Assembly (NCBI GenBank): GCA_964016885.1
Contig: OZ024751.1
Span: 6,572,001 to 6,636,000, forward strand
Length of the DNA: 64,000 bases
Reading direction: 5' to 3'
Source of the DNA: Eledone cirrhosa
Taxonomy: Eukaryota
The translations under genes were made by a program, and so were the position numbers. The notes beneath the pieces are model-generated. The model saw nothing but the letters and a program-made list of their open reading frames with translations, ran no database searches and was not told where the DNA came from. Shown here in pieces: positions 13,507 through 26,669 of the stretch. Positions within the stretch are counted from its first letter, which is position 1. Every line of letters starts with the position of its first letter.

Positions 13507-14420
13507 GTTTAGGAGGTATGAGATATTGAGACAGGAGGAGAGAAATATACTTTATTTTTATGAAATCTTTCATTGCTTTCATTTTTAGAAATCAATTAAT
13601 TGCTTTATTTGCAAGATTTCGCTATATTTCCCATTATGAAATTATTTAATCTTATTAATAACATTTAATATGATTTTTGCTAAACTATTCACGCAAGAAA
13701 TAAACATTGACGGAATATTTGTTTATAGGATTGGACTACTGTTGCTCTTATATTAGAGCCACCTCCATCAGAGTAAAAGATTTAATCAAATAAGTGCAAA
13801 TGTGATGAATCATATATGATTTATCAATTAACATGTCCTGATAATTTGGTGTAAGGATTAATAAATATCAGTGTATATGTGTGTGTGTGTGCGTGTGTGT
13901 GTTGTATTTAACGAAATAAACAATATTTATAATATTTATGTGATGTATTCATTGTACGCATTTGATCTGTTTATATCGGATTATTTGGATATACAAATAA
14001 TTTGGAACATTTAAATTATGTTCAGCTTCCCCAGCACGATTCGAAACCAAATTAACTTCCTAATCATAAACCACAATAAATATTTATTTCTAGCGAACTA
14101 TATGTAGGGATAGATCGAATTCCTTTACGTAAATGACATCGTCGAAGTCGTGCAAAACAGATATAAATATAACAGTATTAGAAACAAAAAAAAAAAGATC
14201 TTAAGATACAGCCTGAAGGCACAGCACTTAGAGAAACAATGTCGCGGGTGTTAACATGCATATAGAAGCATAACATACATATGCAATGAGTGAGAAGTTT
14301 CAGTGAGCTATATATAGAAGTCTATAGTTGCTTGTCATTATGATGTAGAAGGAGAAAATATAATGACATTATGCGAAGAAGGTGCATACAATAAGTTGCC
14401 AAATTAAACATTTCAAATTA

Positions 14421-14728
14421 CAGTTGTCCTCCGGTATTCGCGTGAGTTACGCTCCTATAGCACTCACCAAGACAACGCATCTTATGTAAGGGGCGTCCAA
14501 TAGGCCGGCAAGTACGGTATATTGTTGTTAATAATTTAGCGTTAAAAATATATATATATTGCCACGAAAATAGCCATAAAAACTCGCGGAAAATATTTAC
14601 CACTTCGCGAATATCGGTAGTTTCCACGAACAATTATTAACTAGGTTCTAAAGAAAATCCCCCGAATAACCGGGACAGCGAATGTCGGGACCGCGAATGT
14701 CGTGACCGCGAATGCCGAGGGTACACTG
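14421..14728. mobile_element. Tigger/pogo-like MITE (Tc1/mariner superfamily)
   Basis: TA|CAGTTGTCCTCCGGTATTCGCG ... CGCGAATGCCGAGGGTACACTG|TA: imperfect 22-bp TIRs, TA target duplication, subterminal GACCGCGAATG repeats. Confidence 0.85.
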
Positions 14729-14861
14729 TATACATGTTTAACCATACCGAAAAGATAGTGAATTGTATTTTATTGTTCGTTCGTTGCTTTTATTGTGTAT
14801 CGTAATGTATCATTCTAAAATGTATAACAAAAAACTAAACATAACGCTGGCCATTATTTTT

Positions 14862-14988
14862 TATGATCTGAGTTCAAATCCCGCCGAGGTTAACTTTACC
14901 ATTCATCCTTATGGGGTCGATAAAATAAAGTACCAGTAATGTACTGGGTATTTGCTGGCCTTGTGTCTAAAAAATAGAAACAATTATT
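14862..14988 (+). mobile_element. OK-like SINE, 5'-truncated
   Basis: B box GAGTTCAAATCC and a body matching 7099-7287. Confidence 0.85.
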
Positions 14989-15327
14989 TCATTTTATGGT
15001 TTCAATCGGGTCGTTAGATGGAACTACAGATATGCTATTTTTGCTTGTTTGCTCTTGTAAGGTTCAGGTTCATATATCTACTCATATATTTTATATGCAT
15101 TTGCCTCAGTGTCGTTTAAAGGATTTCGCCTGCAAAGAAGTTAAATAAGTCTATATTCTTTCACATACCATCAGTGCATCACTGTAAATACCTAATAAAT
15201 ATTATAGATCTCCATGTATGCCCTTGAGTACAGAGAAAATCAGTGAGAGAGTGAGAGCGTGTATGAGGGAAAAAGATTGTGCGTGTAAAGGAAGAGCGAG
15301 AGCAAAAGACAGAGAGAGAGGGAGATA

Positions 15328-15411
<84 letters not shown>

Positions 15412-16182
15412 TTAATAGGATCAGGGGAAGTTTTAGTGCAAACGCGGCAATATTTAATCTAAGATATTAAAATAATTATCGTCGAAAAGATAGTTCCCCT
15501 GTACAATGAGTGACGAATAATAACCTATTATAGCTTTATAACCAAATACCATTAAAGATCAATTATTATAGAAGTGTACAAAGTTGATACTCACTCTAAA
15601 TTCAATTAATATGCAAATATAAAGGCATTTGGGCTTAAAATTGATCGATGACGCATATAAAACATCATTGCTACTCAATAATCAGAGATAATTTTAAAAT
15701 GAAAATGAACTTGATTGAATGTGTGCTAAATGTGTTTGCTATAATAGTGTTAGATGTATTGTAATTCATTCCAGATTGAAATTATTTAATTTCGTAGGTA
15801 TGTAAAACATGCATGATTTACTACGTAATCACTGTAGCATGTAACCAAATTCAATCGAAGTATGTTCCAAACACAGCTATCACATTATAGCCGCCATTTT
15901 TGATTAGGCTGTTTATCCTAGATATATTATGTTTGATCTCCAGGGAAATCAAAGTCTTCGATGGAAATATCACATTTTAGTAAATTTAAGTTCGAGTCAG
16001 TCCCTTACACTTTGAGTATTTTCTAGGCCACTCATTTCTTTTTGCTTCCAGATACATCTGTACTATTGTCTAAGAATGGTGTGAAAATGTGTAATGTATA
16101 TATAGTGAGAGAATGATAGGGAGAGAGAAAGCAAGTGATAGAGATAGATAGATACATAAAGATACACACATCCACACACACG

Positions 16183-16228
<46 letters not shown>

Positions 16229-16231
16229 AAG

Positions 16232-16264
<33 letters not shown>

Positions 16265-16593
16265 AATATATGTGTGTATGTGTGTGTAACTGTTTGATAA
16301 AACATAGACAAGATTAGGCATCATCCCATTGATTGACATGATGAATAAAGTCAATTTGTTCAAGTTGCCTGATCAAAGGTAACTACTAATAAGTTATCAT
16401 CACCATTGAGCAATATATTTTGTACATATTAGCAGGGTTTATTGAACTGAAATAAATTAATTTGGTTGGGAATACCACGAGATAACGGCAGAAGATAACG
16501 ACAGGCTATCGTCACGTTTTCCAATATTTAATTTACGCACCTATTATTTTGATAACGTATTATATATGTATATGTCTCTCTATATATATATAA

Positions 16594-16833
16594 CCGTCTA
16601 CCACGAAGGTATAAAGAACTTTGCGAAATCTCGTCTAGCCCACCTCGGGATGATAAGATCTGACACTAGAGTCCGGGCAGGTATTCCAGAATGCTCTGTT
16701 CAAGATCCTATCATCTGCACCAAATGCAGATTGAAGCCGCTGGATTCAAGTGCCATTTGAGGCATAAACATAAACATTGAACTGAAAAGTGTGTTGAACC
16801 CTTATACATCGAATCGACCATCATCATCAACAT

Positions 16834-16836
<3 letters not shown>
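16594..16836 (+). mobile_element. RTE (BovB-like) LINE 3' end fragment
   Basis: YHEGIKNFAKSRL then ICTKC..(shift)AAGFKCHLRHKH, a C-terminal CCHH-like motif, followed by a (CAT)n tail. Confidence 0.55.
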
Positions 16837-16865
<29 letters not shown>

Positions 16866-16870
<5 letters not shown>

Positions 16871-17000
16871 GTACAGTTAAAATTTTAAGCACAGAATTTC
16901 ACCCTATTGCGGGATCTTCTGAATCATTCAGAAGATCCCGTAATAGGGTGAAACCAGTAATTCTTTGCTTAAACTATAATCTGTACTAATAATAAATATT
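16866..17000. mobile_element. Palindromic fold-back, family F, with HHR-like motif
   Basis: Symmetry axis at about 16925 (TCTTCTGAAT C ATTCAGAAGA); both arms carry CAGAAGA-TCCCG..ATAGGGT-GAAA. Confidence 0.75.
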
Positions 17001-17047
17001 TGCTTTGTGATTTATATATACATATATGTGTGTGTGTGTTTCTCTCT

Positions 17048-17089
<42 letters not shown>

Positions 17090-17750
17090 CTGTCTGTGTT
17101 GTGTGTGTGAGTGTGTGTGCGCGCGGGTGTGTGTGTGTAATAAAATGGCATATGTCTCCTTCCCTATGACAGTAAAATCTAATACAGTGATTATAACATG
17201 TAATAAAATAACAAATATTACATATAATATCCTATTATATCAAGCGATGGGTTAGAGTATTGTTTTACTAAATGTTATGTATTAACATAACTATTACGTA
17301 TTTACTCCAAGTTATACTGCTTCTAATGTAGACTTTAGAAGTCGACAGAAATCCTTATTCTGATGAAATATATTATATCATAGAATTATTTCATGTACAC
17401 TAAATGACCCATAGAGCTTACAAATATCAGTGGCAATATATTATATATGTATTTACCTCAGTTTTATTTGAATGCCAACACAAGAGCAAGAATGAGGGGT
17501 TCATTCTACTGACATGGCTTTAAAAATGAGGCTGTTTGCTATAATGGCAAACGAATCGAATATTATTATTAATATTCGAAAACCTCAGATTACAGGTATT
17601 GTATTCAGACACGTAGAGCGATAAATTAAAATATTTATTTTATTTATATACATACACACACACACACGCAAACACACACACGCAAACACACACACGCACA
17701 CGCACACACACACATATATATAAATACATACATATATATATGTATGTATG

Positions 17751-17854
<104 letters not shown>

Positions 17855-18029
17855 GGTTTGTTGGTTCACCACTGGATAGGACTATCATTCTGTATGGTCA
17901 ATCTCGATGTAATATTATGGAGAGCACTCAACGTAATGCAACTCACCCGTCTTCGTTTGTGTAGTTGGTGGTGCGAGTACAGAGTTAATTATTATAAAAT
18001 AACAGGAGGCTGGACTGGTGTAAATCCCT

Positions 18030-18060
<31 letters not shown>

Positions 18061-18062
<2 letters not shown>

Positions 18063-19198
18063 GGGGGCCAGCATAAAATTAGCCCTTAAGGAACATATGT
18101 TCAAATTTAATGGAAAAACATATGCCCAAGAGGAGGGAGCAGCCATTGGTGTTAGCATTGCAGGCGACATAGCTAACTTATTCATGGTATGGTGGGACAG
18201 TAGACTTAAACTTAAACTTAAAGAACAATTACAAGACCCCTTAACCCTGATAATATACTCCCGCTACGTTGATGATATAAACATCGTAGTTAAAACACCC
18301 CCACTAGAGAACAGTCAGGAATTAGAGAAAAACACAATGGAAAGCATCCAGCACATAGCTAACTCCATCCGCCAGAGTATTAGAGTAAATATAGACTACC
18401 CAAGCAAAAACCCCAACCATCGATTACCTGTACTAGACACAGAGCTCTGGCTAGATACCATTAATAACAAAAATCCAAATCCTCCATTCCCATTATGCCA
18501 AACCCATGACACCCAAATATCGGATCCACCGAAACTCAGCTGTTTCGGACCATACCAAAATCAACATACTGATTGCGGATTTGGTACGGGTGATGAGAAA
18601 CGTGTCCCGCATGTGCAACCCCGAAGAACTAGAGAGACATATACAACACTTCATCCACCGTATGCAGTTCTCTGGTTACAATCAGAGAGATAAAATCAGA
18701 GTGTATAGAGGAGCCAGAACCAAATGGGAAAAAATGGAAAATAATGACACAAATGGGACCTGCCCCTTGTATAGGAGCAAATTTTGGAATAGAATAGAAA
18801 GAACTAGGAATAAGGCTAATAGAATAAATTCATGCAATGATAGCAATAAATACCAGAGTGTAATGTTCATCGATACAACCCCTAGAGGTGAATTAGCTTA
18901 CAAATTTAGAAAGGCCCTAGATAAACATAAACTCAATATTAAAATAATAGAAAGACCAGGTACCTCCATAAAAACACTTATTAGCAAGACATACTCTTTT
19001 CAAAGACCCCCCTGTATAGATAAGAAACATTGCGTCTTTTCTGTGTGTAGATTCTATTTTTATTTCTATAAAATAGAATCTACACACAGAAAAGACGCAA
19101 TGTTTAGACAAATCACAGAGGCAATAAACATAAAAGAATTACAACCAAAATTAAATAGAAAACATGAGTGGAACAGCAACATCACAACTTACAATTAA
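18061..19198 (+). pseudogene. PLE reverse transcriptase with disrupted GIY-YIG
   Basis: QEEGAAIGVSIAGDIANLFM, YSRYVDD, DYPSKNPNHRLPVLDTELW. Frameshift at about 18470; the VVY/YIG region is missing; ends RQITEAINIKELQPKLNRKHEW. Confidence 0.9.
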
Positions 19199-19399
19199 GG
19201 ACAAAATGAAAACACACACGCACATAGAACAAACAACCAACCAGTAACATGTAAATAAACAAATAAATAAACGAATATAAACACACACAGACACCCGGAT
19301 GTGGCGCATGCGCAGACTGAGCACACAACACACACACAGAAACAAGATGGCGTAGGACAGAACAAAGTAGAGGCACAACAACAAAGAAAAGAATCCCCA

Positions 19400-19442
19400 G
19401 TCACTAAAGAGGTCACAGAATGTGTGACGAAAGAACTTTGAC
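19400..19442 (+). ncRNA. Minimal type I HHR (family A2), G5A mutant
   Basis: GTCA-CTAAAGA-G GTCACA GAATG TGTGAC-GAAA-GAAC-TT^TGAC; intact paralog at 36224-36266. Confidence 0.75.
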
Positions 19443-19598
19443 AATATATAAACAACCATCTGGTTGCGGAACCAACCAACTAACCGGAAATTTATAAGTT
19501 CTTAAATTTATAAATTTATTATAATAAATTGAAGTGAAACTCTGGTGCGTGTGTTTCTTATTGGCAACATGACCCTCCCAATGTATAACAATATATAC

Positions 19599-19644
<46 letters not shown>

Positions 19645-19646
<2 letters not shown>

Positions 19647-19772
19647 GATGATTTCTCTCGAATGAAACAGTTCTAGTCCTGTAGAAGCGCTCCTATATTA
19701 AAACTGTTATACTCTGCTCTGTATTGAGTACCTTACTTAATGTGGTTACCTTCGATTCAACCAGGAATAACT
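19645..19772 (+). mobile_element. Family C 3' terminal fragment
   Basis: TGATGA-TTTCTCTCGAAT-GAAA-CAGTTCTAGTCC..., TATTGAGTAC at 19722, TA on both sides; matches the reverse complement of 52087-52205. Confidence 0.75.
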
Positions 19773-19881
<109 letters not shown>

Positions 19882-20206
19882 CTATACATGTATGTAGGGA
19901 GCTTATAGATCGGACAACACACGCTGTCTTTTCGTGTGGTGAGTTATGATTGATTTTTGTATTCTGACACATATAAATATAACAACAATTTTGCTCACTA
20001 GACTCTGGAAATAAGTTGTGATAGTTGCACAAATATTTTCATATATTTTCCCAATGCAATCGTTATTTACATTTTACATTCTACATTTTACTTACATCCT
20101 AATGAAACATGGGTACATTTCAAATTTTGAAAAGAGAAGAAAACGGACCCATCAATTAGATACATTCCACCACCATATTTACACTTACAAGTCAATACGT
20201 CTGTTG

Positions 20207-20249
<43 letters not shown>

Positions 20250-20565
20250 GAATGTATGTATGTATATATACTTCAGTCAGTCAAAATAACCAAGTTTCAA
20301 CCGCAACATCTACAACAACAACAACAACAACAACAATATCACCGGAACACCGGCACCGATGTCTACAGCAACAACAACATCAGAATGAACACCAACAACA
20401 ATGTCTACAAAAACATCAAGAGGAACAACACCAACATCTACAACAACAACAACTGCGGCATCAAACAATAAAATAAAAACAAAAAAAAACAAACAACATC
20501 AACTGCCGCCGCCATCATCATCACCACTCGGACAAAGATCGGTCCTTAAGAAAACAACAACTTTT

Positions 20566-20717
20566 ATAATTGTTTCTGCTTTGGCACAGGGCCAGCAATT
20601 ACCCCAGTGTATAGCTGGTGCTTTGTTTAATCGACCCCGTAGGGATGAAAAGCAAGGTTAGCCTCAGCGGGATTTGGACTCAGGGCGGGAGGGGCGATAA
20701 CTCTATGCTGTAAAGCA
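20566..20717 (-). mobile_element. OK-like SINE (diverged)
   Basis: Reverse-complement match to the SINE body and B box. Confidence 0.75.
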
Positions 20718-20720
20718 ACT

Positions 20721-20892
20721 ATAATAATTGTTTCTACTTTTGGCACAAGGCAATTTTCCAGTGTATTACTGGTACTTTATTTGATTGACCCCGTAAGCAT
20801 GAAAGGTAAAGTTAACCGCAGCGAGATTTGAACTCAGATTATAAAGGGCCGTAACGCTATACTGCAAAGCAAGGCGTTCGACCCTCTGCCAA
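20721..20892 (-). mobile_element. OK-like SINE, tandem to the previous copy
   Basis: GATTTGAACTCAG B-box complement and body match. Confidence 0.8.
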
Positions 20893-21391
20893 ACAGGAAC
20901 ATCTTCAATTGTACGAACTCTTTTCAAAGTCAAGAGTTGACACATCTTAATATTAGTAATTACGGTAATATATATATATGCGTGAGTGTGTAAGTGAGTG
21001 GCGTGTGTGTGGTTGTTTCTGTGTGTGCGTGTGTCAGTGTGTCTGTCGTATGTATGAGTGTCACTAAGTGAGTGAATTTTTTTTTTCATGCACGTTGACA
21101 TAGAAATAATCGGGCTGGATACCAGATCGCGCAGTTAAACCACTGGGAATGAAGGACTCCTAGCACGTGTCAGGGCATTCTTCTAGGAGAAGGCATCTCA
21201 GGAAACTGGATTAACTCCGTCATTAAACCTGCGGCTCAGTAGGTAGCGATGATGTTGATCTTTTCTGCGTTTCGTGTTATAGCTACTGCCACTCAGAGAA
21301 TAGAATTGGCTCAGTGTACAGTCTTTCCTCACTTTAAAAATAATTTTCATGCATAGGCATTGCACGATAGCATTAATTATTAATCATTAAT

Positions 21392-21430
<39 letters not shown>

Positions 21431-22100
21431 GAATGCTATGGTTGATGGAGGCTCGGCTCTGTAAGGTATAGTAAATTTTAACCGCTTATAACAATTGTAA
21501 ATTGTTTAAAATATTAACCAAATTGTAGACAAAAACACCCCCCTCCTCGTGAGAGGGGTTTTCTGCCCGTTATTTGGTCCTTCGGGGTTAAATTACCGCT
21601 TATTGGGGTTTTGTGCCCAATATTTATTTTAAACCAAAAAAACATGGCTACAAAAAAGAATTTTCACAAGTCACTCCCACTCATTCCGTCTTCTTCTTCT
21701 TCAATCGTCACTTTACCAGAGAGAAGATTGTCTCTCTCTCTCCCTTCTCTTTCGCAAGCGACGCCAGTAAAGGAAAAAAATATATAGTTTCTGATAGTTT
21801 CAAAGAGCACGTGCTAAAAACGTGGAACATTCCTCCACGACGACGACAACGACGAGAAATGTGTGCGGTAAATACGGAAAGACATTTCATTCGTCTGACG
21901 TCATGAATAATATCAGTAGCAGCCGTAATAACAGCAGCAGCAGCATAAACAACAACAGCATTAGCAGCAACAACAACAGCAGCAGCAGCAACAACAACAA
22001 CAACCACAGCAAGAGCGGCGGCGGCAGTCGTAGTACCAGCAGCAACAACAAAAGTAACAGCAGCTCTGACGACGACGACAACAACAACAACAACAACAAA

Positions 22101-22530
22101 GAAAAACCAATCCCGTTTGCAGCTATCGCAAAGAACCTGGAAACCATCCTTATAACAAATGAGGAATTACAGGAAGCAAAGAAGATGGTGACGAAAACCG
22201 GACACCGAGCAATCTGCAAGGCAGCCGAACAAATTTTCGAAACCCAACAGCACTGTACGGTCACGTACCTTACAGTAAGCACAAAATCCCGTAGGTTTGA
22301 AAGAGCCACAGAGGCTCAAATACAAAAAGCCTTAGGGTCTGTGTGGCAGCGGAAAACGCATATCACCCGAGGCAAGAAATATGCCACCGTGGACGTGCTT
22401 TTTGCCACACCCCAGGAGGCAAAGGCTCAATCCTTAGTGACCCTAAGGAGCGAGGAAATGGTGTTGGTGCCCTCCTACAGCGGACAAAAAATTGTGAGGG
22501 TCAAACTAACCAAATTCCCACCCACCCCAA
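22101..22530 (+). pseudogene. Probable ORF1 fragment of a Tx1-like LINE
   Basis: Non-repetitive open frame upstream of ORF2 (RGKKYATVDVLFATPQEAK...YSGQKIVRVKLTKFPP, RRM-like); the frame degenerates after about 22530. Confidence 0.5.
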
Positions 22531-22952
22531 CCCACCCCCGTGATGGCCCCTTCTTGGCTGGCCGCGAAAAACAAATGCACAGCAATAAATACACACAACA
22601 AGAAATTAATGACTTACATAATTGAACACACAGACATTTCACAGCACGACTACTTAATACCAGCACGAATCAAAACACCAACGAACATATGACTGGTAAG
22701 AATAGCACAGAAACAATACACAAACATTAAAACGAAATTCCCCAACGCAGTTGGTGATTTCAGAGACCTAGGAGGGACACTCAACCGGAGAGTATATTCG
22801 GATATACTCACAGAAGAGCCGACGACCAGCCGAAGGGACGATTCAACGGTCCCTTCACTAGACGATCAAGTGAAAAGGGATGGAAAAAACCATCCTTCCT
22901 CTGCGAGAAGTAAGGTAAGTCGTCTTTCCCATCTTTTCCACTCCATTGCAAC

Positions 22953-25900
22953 ATGATCTCACTCAGAATAGGCAGTATAAATGCGCGTGGCTTGGGGTCG
23001 TCACGGAAGCAGGGCCACCTGCTCAACGACCTCAGGTTACTAAACATAAATGTAGCGGCTATCAGCGAGACCAGAATCTCCGAAGCACGGGCCTTCGCAC
23101 CGATCTTCGGCGGCTACGCTGTGTACGCGTCTGCCAGCCGTCCTGGATCGGGGGGAGGAGTTGCTGTGCTTTTTCGGAGAGGTTTGGATCTCGCCATACT
23201 GGCCATCTTCCTGGACCCAGACGGTAAGTTGGTAGTGCTGGACGTGACCAGCGGAGAAGGGCAAGATTTCAGGCTAGTGGGCGTCTATGCCCCGACAGGA
23301 GCAGGGCGGCCTGATTTCTTCCGGCGTCTGGAGACCTTTCTAGGAACGACCCGCTCTTTAGTGTTAGTGGGCGACTGGAACGGGATCCTAGATGCACGCT
23401 GGGACTGTGTGGGATTAGCGGATAGGGGAGGAGGATGAAAGAGCCTAACCAACCTGCTCAGGCGTTTTGAACTGTCTGACAGGTACCAATTGGATTTCCG
23501 AATGTGCCATTGTCGACTTGGAAAAATCGCATCGGGTCATCCAGATCATATCTAGATAAAGTATTTTATAGGGAAATAGATAGGTCTAGCATAAGCTGTC
23601 CACAATTCAAGGTAGTCAGCTACACGGACCATAAATTCGTGATCTGTGTGCTTGACTTAGATAGGCTTCATAGACGAGGACCCGGCTACTGGAAGCTAAA
23701 CGCGTCCTTACCAGCGGGCAATGCCTACAGAGACCGGATTAGCGAACTAGTTAAGCCAGCGTTAACGGGGGCCATCGTCAACAATAAGTGGTGGTTTGCT
23801 CTGAAAAGAGCGATTAGAATAGAGTCCATTAGGTTTAGTAAGGCTTTAGCTATAGAGAAAAATAGAGCAGAGGGAGAATTAGTTAGAAAATTAGATGAGG
23901 CGCTTAGCAAAGGCATCGCGATCGACGAACTTGCGGTGAAATTGGCCCTTGACCAATTCTTCAATGCAAAGAACGAAGGCTGCATTGTAAGAACTAGGGT
24001 GCGTGCTTTGAGACACGAGGGGACAAAAGCCGTTCAATGGGCCCGAGTGGCGGAGGCGCGTCGTGGCAACAAAGCCACGATCCGGTCTTTGGGGGACCAC
24101 GACGGGCGCATGCTACTCGATCCCGGGAAAATGTGTGAAGCTTTTCAGCGACACTTCGCTCAAATGTTCGGGGGCAGCGGCGAACCGGATGGAGGGATGG
24201 ACTTTAGTGTCTACCTCGACGGAGCGCCGCGGCTCTCGGCGACTGAGGCGGAGTATTGCGAAAAGCCGATAACAGCCGCTGAAATACGGGAGGCAATGAC
24301 TGGCTGCACAACGGGAAAAACACCTGGTTTGGATGGTCTGCCCTATGAACTTTACGTACAGATGACAGATTTGTTCGGAGGCCTCTTGGGGGACGTCTAC
24401 TGCAACTGGCAACAGAACGGGAGAATTCCCAGCTCTGTGAGCCGAGAAGCGGTGGCGCTGCTGAGAAAGGATCCGAACAAGGGAGATAACATAGATAATT
24501 TCAGGCACATAACTCTGCTAAACACAGAGTTCAAGATTTTGGCTTAGGTGCTAGCACAGAGGTTGGCGCTTGTCGTTGGTGGTCTGGTCGGAGGTCGCAG
24601 ACATGCACCATTCCCGACAGATCCATCCACGACAACCTCCACCTCATGCGATACATCATAGAGAGGGTAGCTAGGGAACCTGGCACGGGTGGGTCCTTGA
24701 TCAATTTAGATCAGTCGAAAGCTTTCGATAGGGTCGACCTTCGTTACCTAGCGGCAGTCCTGAAGGCGGCTGGCTTTGGGCCCGTTTTCAGAGGCTGGAT
24801 CGCTGCCATGCACAGCGACATCTGCTCTGTGGTGAGAGTGAACGGTCACCTTTCAGAACCGTTCAACATCACGCGCTCGGTACCGCCAAGGATGTCCCCT
24901 CTCGTCCCTTCTGTACGTATTGACTCTAGAACCATTACTGCACAAATTGGAGACGTTGAGCGGCGTCCCGCGCAAACTAGGATGCGGAGGATCCGTGTCA
25001 GCATATGCGGACGATGTCACCGTAGTGGTCTCGAACGCCAAACACATCGAGGCGATCGGCACTACACTAAAATAATACGAAGCGGTAACAGGAGCAATGA
25101 TCAACCAGGAAAAGTCAGTGGGCCTGCAGTTTGGCACCTGGAGAGGCAGGTCCATGCCGTCCAACAGCGTCGTCGGGCGCTGGATGGACAGGTTAAATTG
25201 CTAGGGGTCTTGGTCGGTCCGGACCTCCAGACAAACAAAAACTGGGACGAGGTGACGAGCAGGGGGGCTTCTCTCACCTAGAAATAGGCGGAGAGGAAGC
25301 TATCCCTGAAAGGTCGAGCAGAGGTGGCTAACTCGTACATCCCGTCCGTCATCTGCTACCGCCTGACCGTCGTACCTTGTACTAAGCCCCGTCTGACTGC
25401 GCTGGAGCGTTTGCTCTTTCGCTTTTTGTGGAAGGGACGCGCTCCGATGATTAGGCGGTCCATCTGCTGTAAACACCCGCTACGTGGAGGACTGATGATG
25501 CCGTGGCTGATGATGCGCAGACACGCGCTCAGGCTACGACATCTCCACCTCTTCCTCGACGGTGATCAGGTATGGTCGCCGTTTGCTAGACGCGTCTTTC
25601 CCCAGCTCGTCTCCTTGACGGAGCTGCAGTCCTGGGTCAAGCGAAGACCGAGAGGGAGCGCTTGGAGACTGGAATGTCTTCAGGCGCTCTCAGCCCTTGA
25701 CCAATCGGGCAATGTGATCGGTGAAAACTCCACCTCGGCGTTCTATAGAGGATTAGTGGAGGGTAAGTGCGACGACGTTCTTGGGGAAACTCTAGGCGTC
25801 GACGAAAATCAACTAGCCAATCTCTTCGGAAGAAGTTTCGGACCGGGGCCTATGGACAACTTCCAGAAATCCCTGGCATGGCAGTGCTACCGAGGAGCCT

Positions 25901-26366
25901 TGCCAGTTCGGGATAAACTCTACAGGCATGGAGGTGCCGTCAGCCTGGCATGTCCGAGATGCGCGCAGGGCGACGAAACCGTCCTGCACGCACTCGTCCA
26001 GTGTCCGAGAATTGCTGACGTGTGGGTTTATGTCGAGACCTGCTGTCGCGTGTAGGACAGATCCGGCTATCAGCTGAGTCCATCGTGAGGATTTCCCCGC
26101 CCTCTTCCTTTAGCCGGGAAGGGCAGGCAGTTTTTATCTGTCTGGTTGCCATGGCGAAAGAGATAGTATAGTGGACACGTTTGAAAGGGCTGAAGACGAG
26201 CACTTACCTCTTCGGTGATGCCCTGATTGACTTTTTCAAATTTCATTTGAAAAGGAAAATCAGAGTAGAGAGGGAAGTGCTCTCTTCCCAGCATTTTGTT
26301 GAAAGATGGGTGAGAGAAGCAAGAATGGCCCGAGTGAATGGGCCTATTCTGAGTATGTGTCTGTAA
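22953..26366 (+). pseudogene. Tx1-like ORF2: AP endonuclease, reverse transcriptase and zf-RVT, with stops and frameshifts
   Basis: SINARGL, ISET, VYAP, GDWN, SYLD, TDH; GPGYWKLN; TPGLDGLPYE; ITLLNTEFKILA; LDQSKAFDRV; RQGCPLSP and AYADD (shifted frame); CPRC...ETVLHALVQC. Confidence 0.93.
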
Positions 26367-26616
26367 ATTAAAGGTGGAAAACTGGGAGAGGGCACTTTCC
26401 CTGGTGGTCAGGGTCACTGTGGCCTTTTAATGGGCTTTCTCCACAAATGTCCCTCCGAAGTCTCTCCCCTATTGGGAAACTTATCATCGTTTTTTTTTTG
26501 TTACATCCTCTGTTTTTGTTTTTTACACGTAGAAATGCCCATTTTTACCGTCCTGTATTGTCCTGCACTGTCCTTAATGTCTACTTTATGTAAACTCTTG
26601 TGCTTAATAAAGAAAG

Positions 26617-26656
<40 letters not shown>

Positions 26657-26669
26657 TGTTGTTATTGAT

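Larger units (their letters stand above)
18061..19592 (+). mobile_element. Penelope-like retroelement (family A2), 5'-truncated, within (TA)n
   Basis: RT plus endonuclease tail and a 3' UTR with HHR. The terminus ATGACCCTCCCAATGTATAACAATA is shared with A1; (TA)n on both flanks. Confidence 0.92.
22101..26655 (+). mobile_element. Tx1/L1-clade non-LTR retrotransposon, near full length, inactivated (5' boundary uncertain)
   Basis: ORF1-like fragment, APE-RT-zinc finger ORF2, AATAAA at 26606 and a (TTA)n tail at 26618-26655. Confidence 0.88.

Noticed and set aside
21111-21265. Possible SINE or RTE 5' UTR fragment (CTAGGAGAAGG)
   Set aside because: Single copy and only a vague recollection of similarity.
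21822-22100. Poly-N/S N-terminus of the 267-aa ORF as real protein
   Set aside because: It is (CAA)/(CAG) low-complexity DNA that happens to be in frame with the ORF1 fragment.
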